A stretch of DNA of 32,000 nucleotides from Candidatus Saccharimonas sp. (GTDB lineage Bacteria > Patescibacteriota > Saccharimonadia > Saccharimonadales > Saccharimonadaceae): NCBI GenBank assembly GCA_015256915.3, contig CP076101.2:90001-122000 (forward strand), in the 5' to 3' direction. Position 1 is the first letter of the stretch, and each line of letters starts with the position of its first letter. The notes beneath the pieces were generated by a model. The model made no database searches and was not told the DNA's origin. It saw only the letters and a program-made list of their open reading frames with translations. Of the stretch, positions 31,239 through 32,000 are shown one piece after another. Both the position numbers and the translations under genes were made by a program.

Positions 31239-32000
31239 ATGGCAACAGCCAAAAAAATAACAATGGACGAATTGTTGGCGTCTGCTCCAGAGAGCGTAAA
31301 CCAACTAAATCAAGGCGAAACTGTTGAGGGAACAATTCTTTCAGTTCGCAAACACGAGATTTTAATTGACCTAGGAGCGAAAGGTGTTGGATTTGTCCCT
31401 CGCCGAGAAGCTGGTCATTCAAAGAACCTTGTTGAAGGTGAAACAGTAACAGCAAGCGTTGTTGACACTGAAATGGACAACGGAATGTCGTTGCTTTCTC
31501 TTCGAAAAGCTGCAAAAGATCGCGGTTGGGAAGAAGTTATCGAAAAGATGGAAAAAGGCGAAATTATCGAAATTATTCCATTTGATGCTAACCGAGGTGG
31601 TTTGCTAGTTGAATATGAAGGAATTCGCGGATTCTTGCCTGTTTCTCAACTTTCAGCAGAACACTACCCACGCGTTGGTGCAAGTGATAAAGATGAGATT
31701 TTGAGCCGATTGAATGCGCTTATTGATAAGCCAATTAGTGTTCGAATTCTTGATGCGGATCGTAAAACTAATAAACTTATCTTCAGCGAAAAAGAAGCTA
31801 TCAAAGATGGTTTAAACGAACGATTTGACAGCTTGAAGATTGGAGATGAAGTTGAAGGTGTTGCGACTGGCGTTGTAGATTTTGGCGTTTTTGTAAATAT
31901 TGAAGGAATTGAAGGTTTGGTCCACATTTCTGAAATTTCTTGGGAACGCGTAAATAATCCAAAAGATTATGTAAAAATCGGTGACACAATTAAGGCAAAA
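31239..32000 (+). CDS. rpsA: 30S ribosomal protein S1, 5' part (runs off the window end; absent from the ORF track)
   Basis: My own translation from ATG 31239 is stop-free to nt 32000 (254 codons). It shows S1-domain repeats: GETVEGTILSVRKHEILIDLGAKGVGFVPRRE, GEIIEIIPFDANRGGLLVEYEGIRGFLPVSQL, GDEVEGVATGVVDFGVFVNIEGIEGLVHISEISWERV. AAGGAAGGAG lies upstream. Confidence 0.88.
   Translation, partial: MATAKKITMDELLASAPESVNQLNQGETVEGTILSVRKHEILIDLGAKGVGFVPRREAGHSKNLVEGETVTASVVDTEMDNGMSLLSLRKAAKDRGWEEVIEKMEKGEIIEIIPFDANRGGLLVEYEGIRGFLPVSQLSAEHYPRVGASDKDEILSRLNALIDKPISVRILDADRKTNKLIFSEKEAIKDGLNERFDSLKIGDEVEGVATGVVDFGVFVNIEGIEGLVHISEISWERVNNPKDYVKIGDTIKAK

Noticed and set aside
30731-31989. ORFs 30731..30985(+), 31201..31515(-), 31664..31927(-), 31801..31989(-).
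   Set aside because: The first is antisense to the ROK kinase. The other three are antisense to the rpsA reading frame, which is open from 31239 to the window end and shows S1 repeats.

Overview
AT-rich (~37% GC by eye) chromosomal window from a small-genome bacterium. The compact housekeeping proteins and 16S features suggest Patescibacteria/CPR, possibly Saccharibacteria-like; this is an inference. Most of the window is core: thrS, miaA, rpmB, the infC-rpmI-rplT operon, comM, gyrB-gyrA, the rpsA 5' part, RNase P RNA, tmRNA, tRNA-Val, and a 16S / tRNA / tRNA-Ile / 23S / 5S locus. Two regions look accessory. (i) Nt 821-3140 carry an M.EcoRI-family N6-adenine methyltransferase translationally coupled to a DUF262(ParB-like)+HNH nuclease, next to tRNA-Val. 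(ii) Nt 12752-17627, downstream of ssrA, carry membrane proteins plus a 975-aa membrane-anchored VirD4/TraD-like ATPase with a Q/N-rich tail. The most unusual signal is window-wide. The palindrome TTCGAA (often TTTCGAAA) occurs 80 times by manual count, against roughly 10-12 expected from composition. It falls in all codon phases, in intergenic DNA and at terminator apices, but is almost absent from mature rRNA. Other notable points: the rRNA locus appears cut into separate promoter/terminator units; a spacer tRNA has alanine acceptor identity but a non-canonical anticodon arm reading UGU/GUA; an unclassified ~140-nt RNA has its own promoter and terminator; several mRNAs look leaderless behind TGnTATAAT promoters; and two convergent genes have TAG stops that base-pair within one hairpin. 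No CRISPR array, transposase or integrase was seen.
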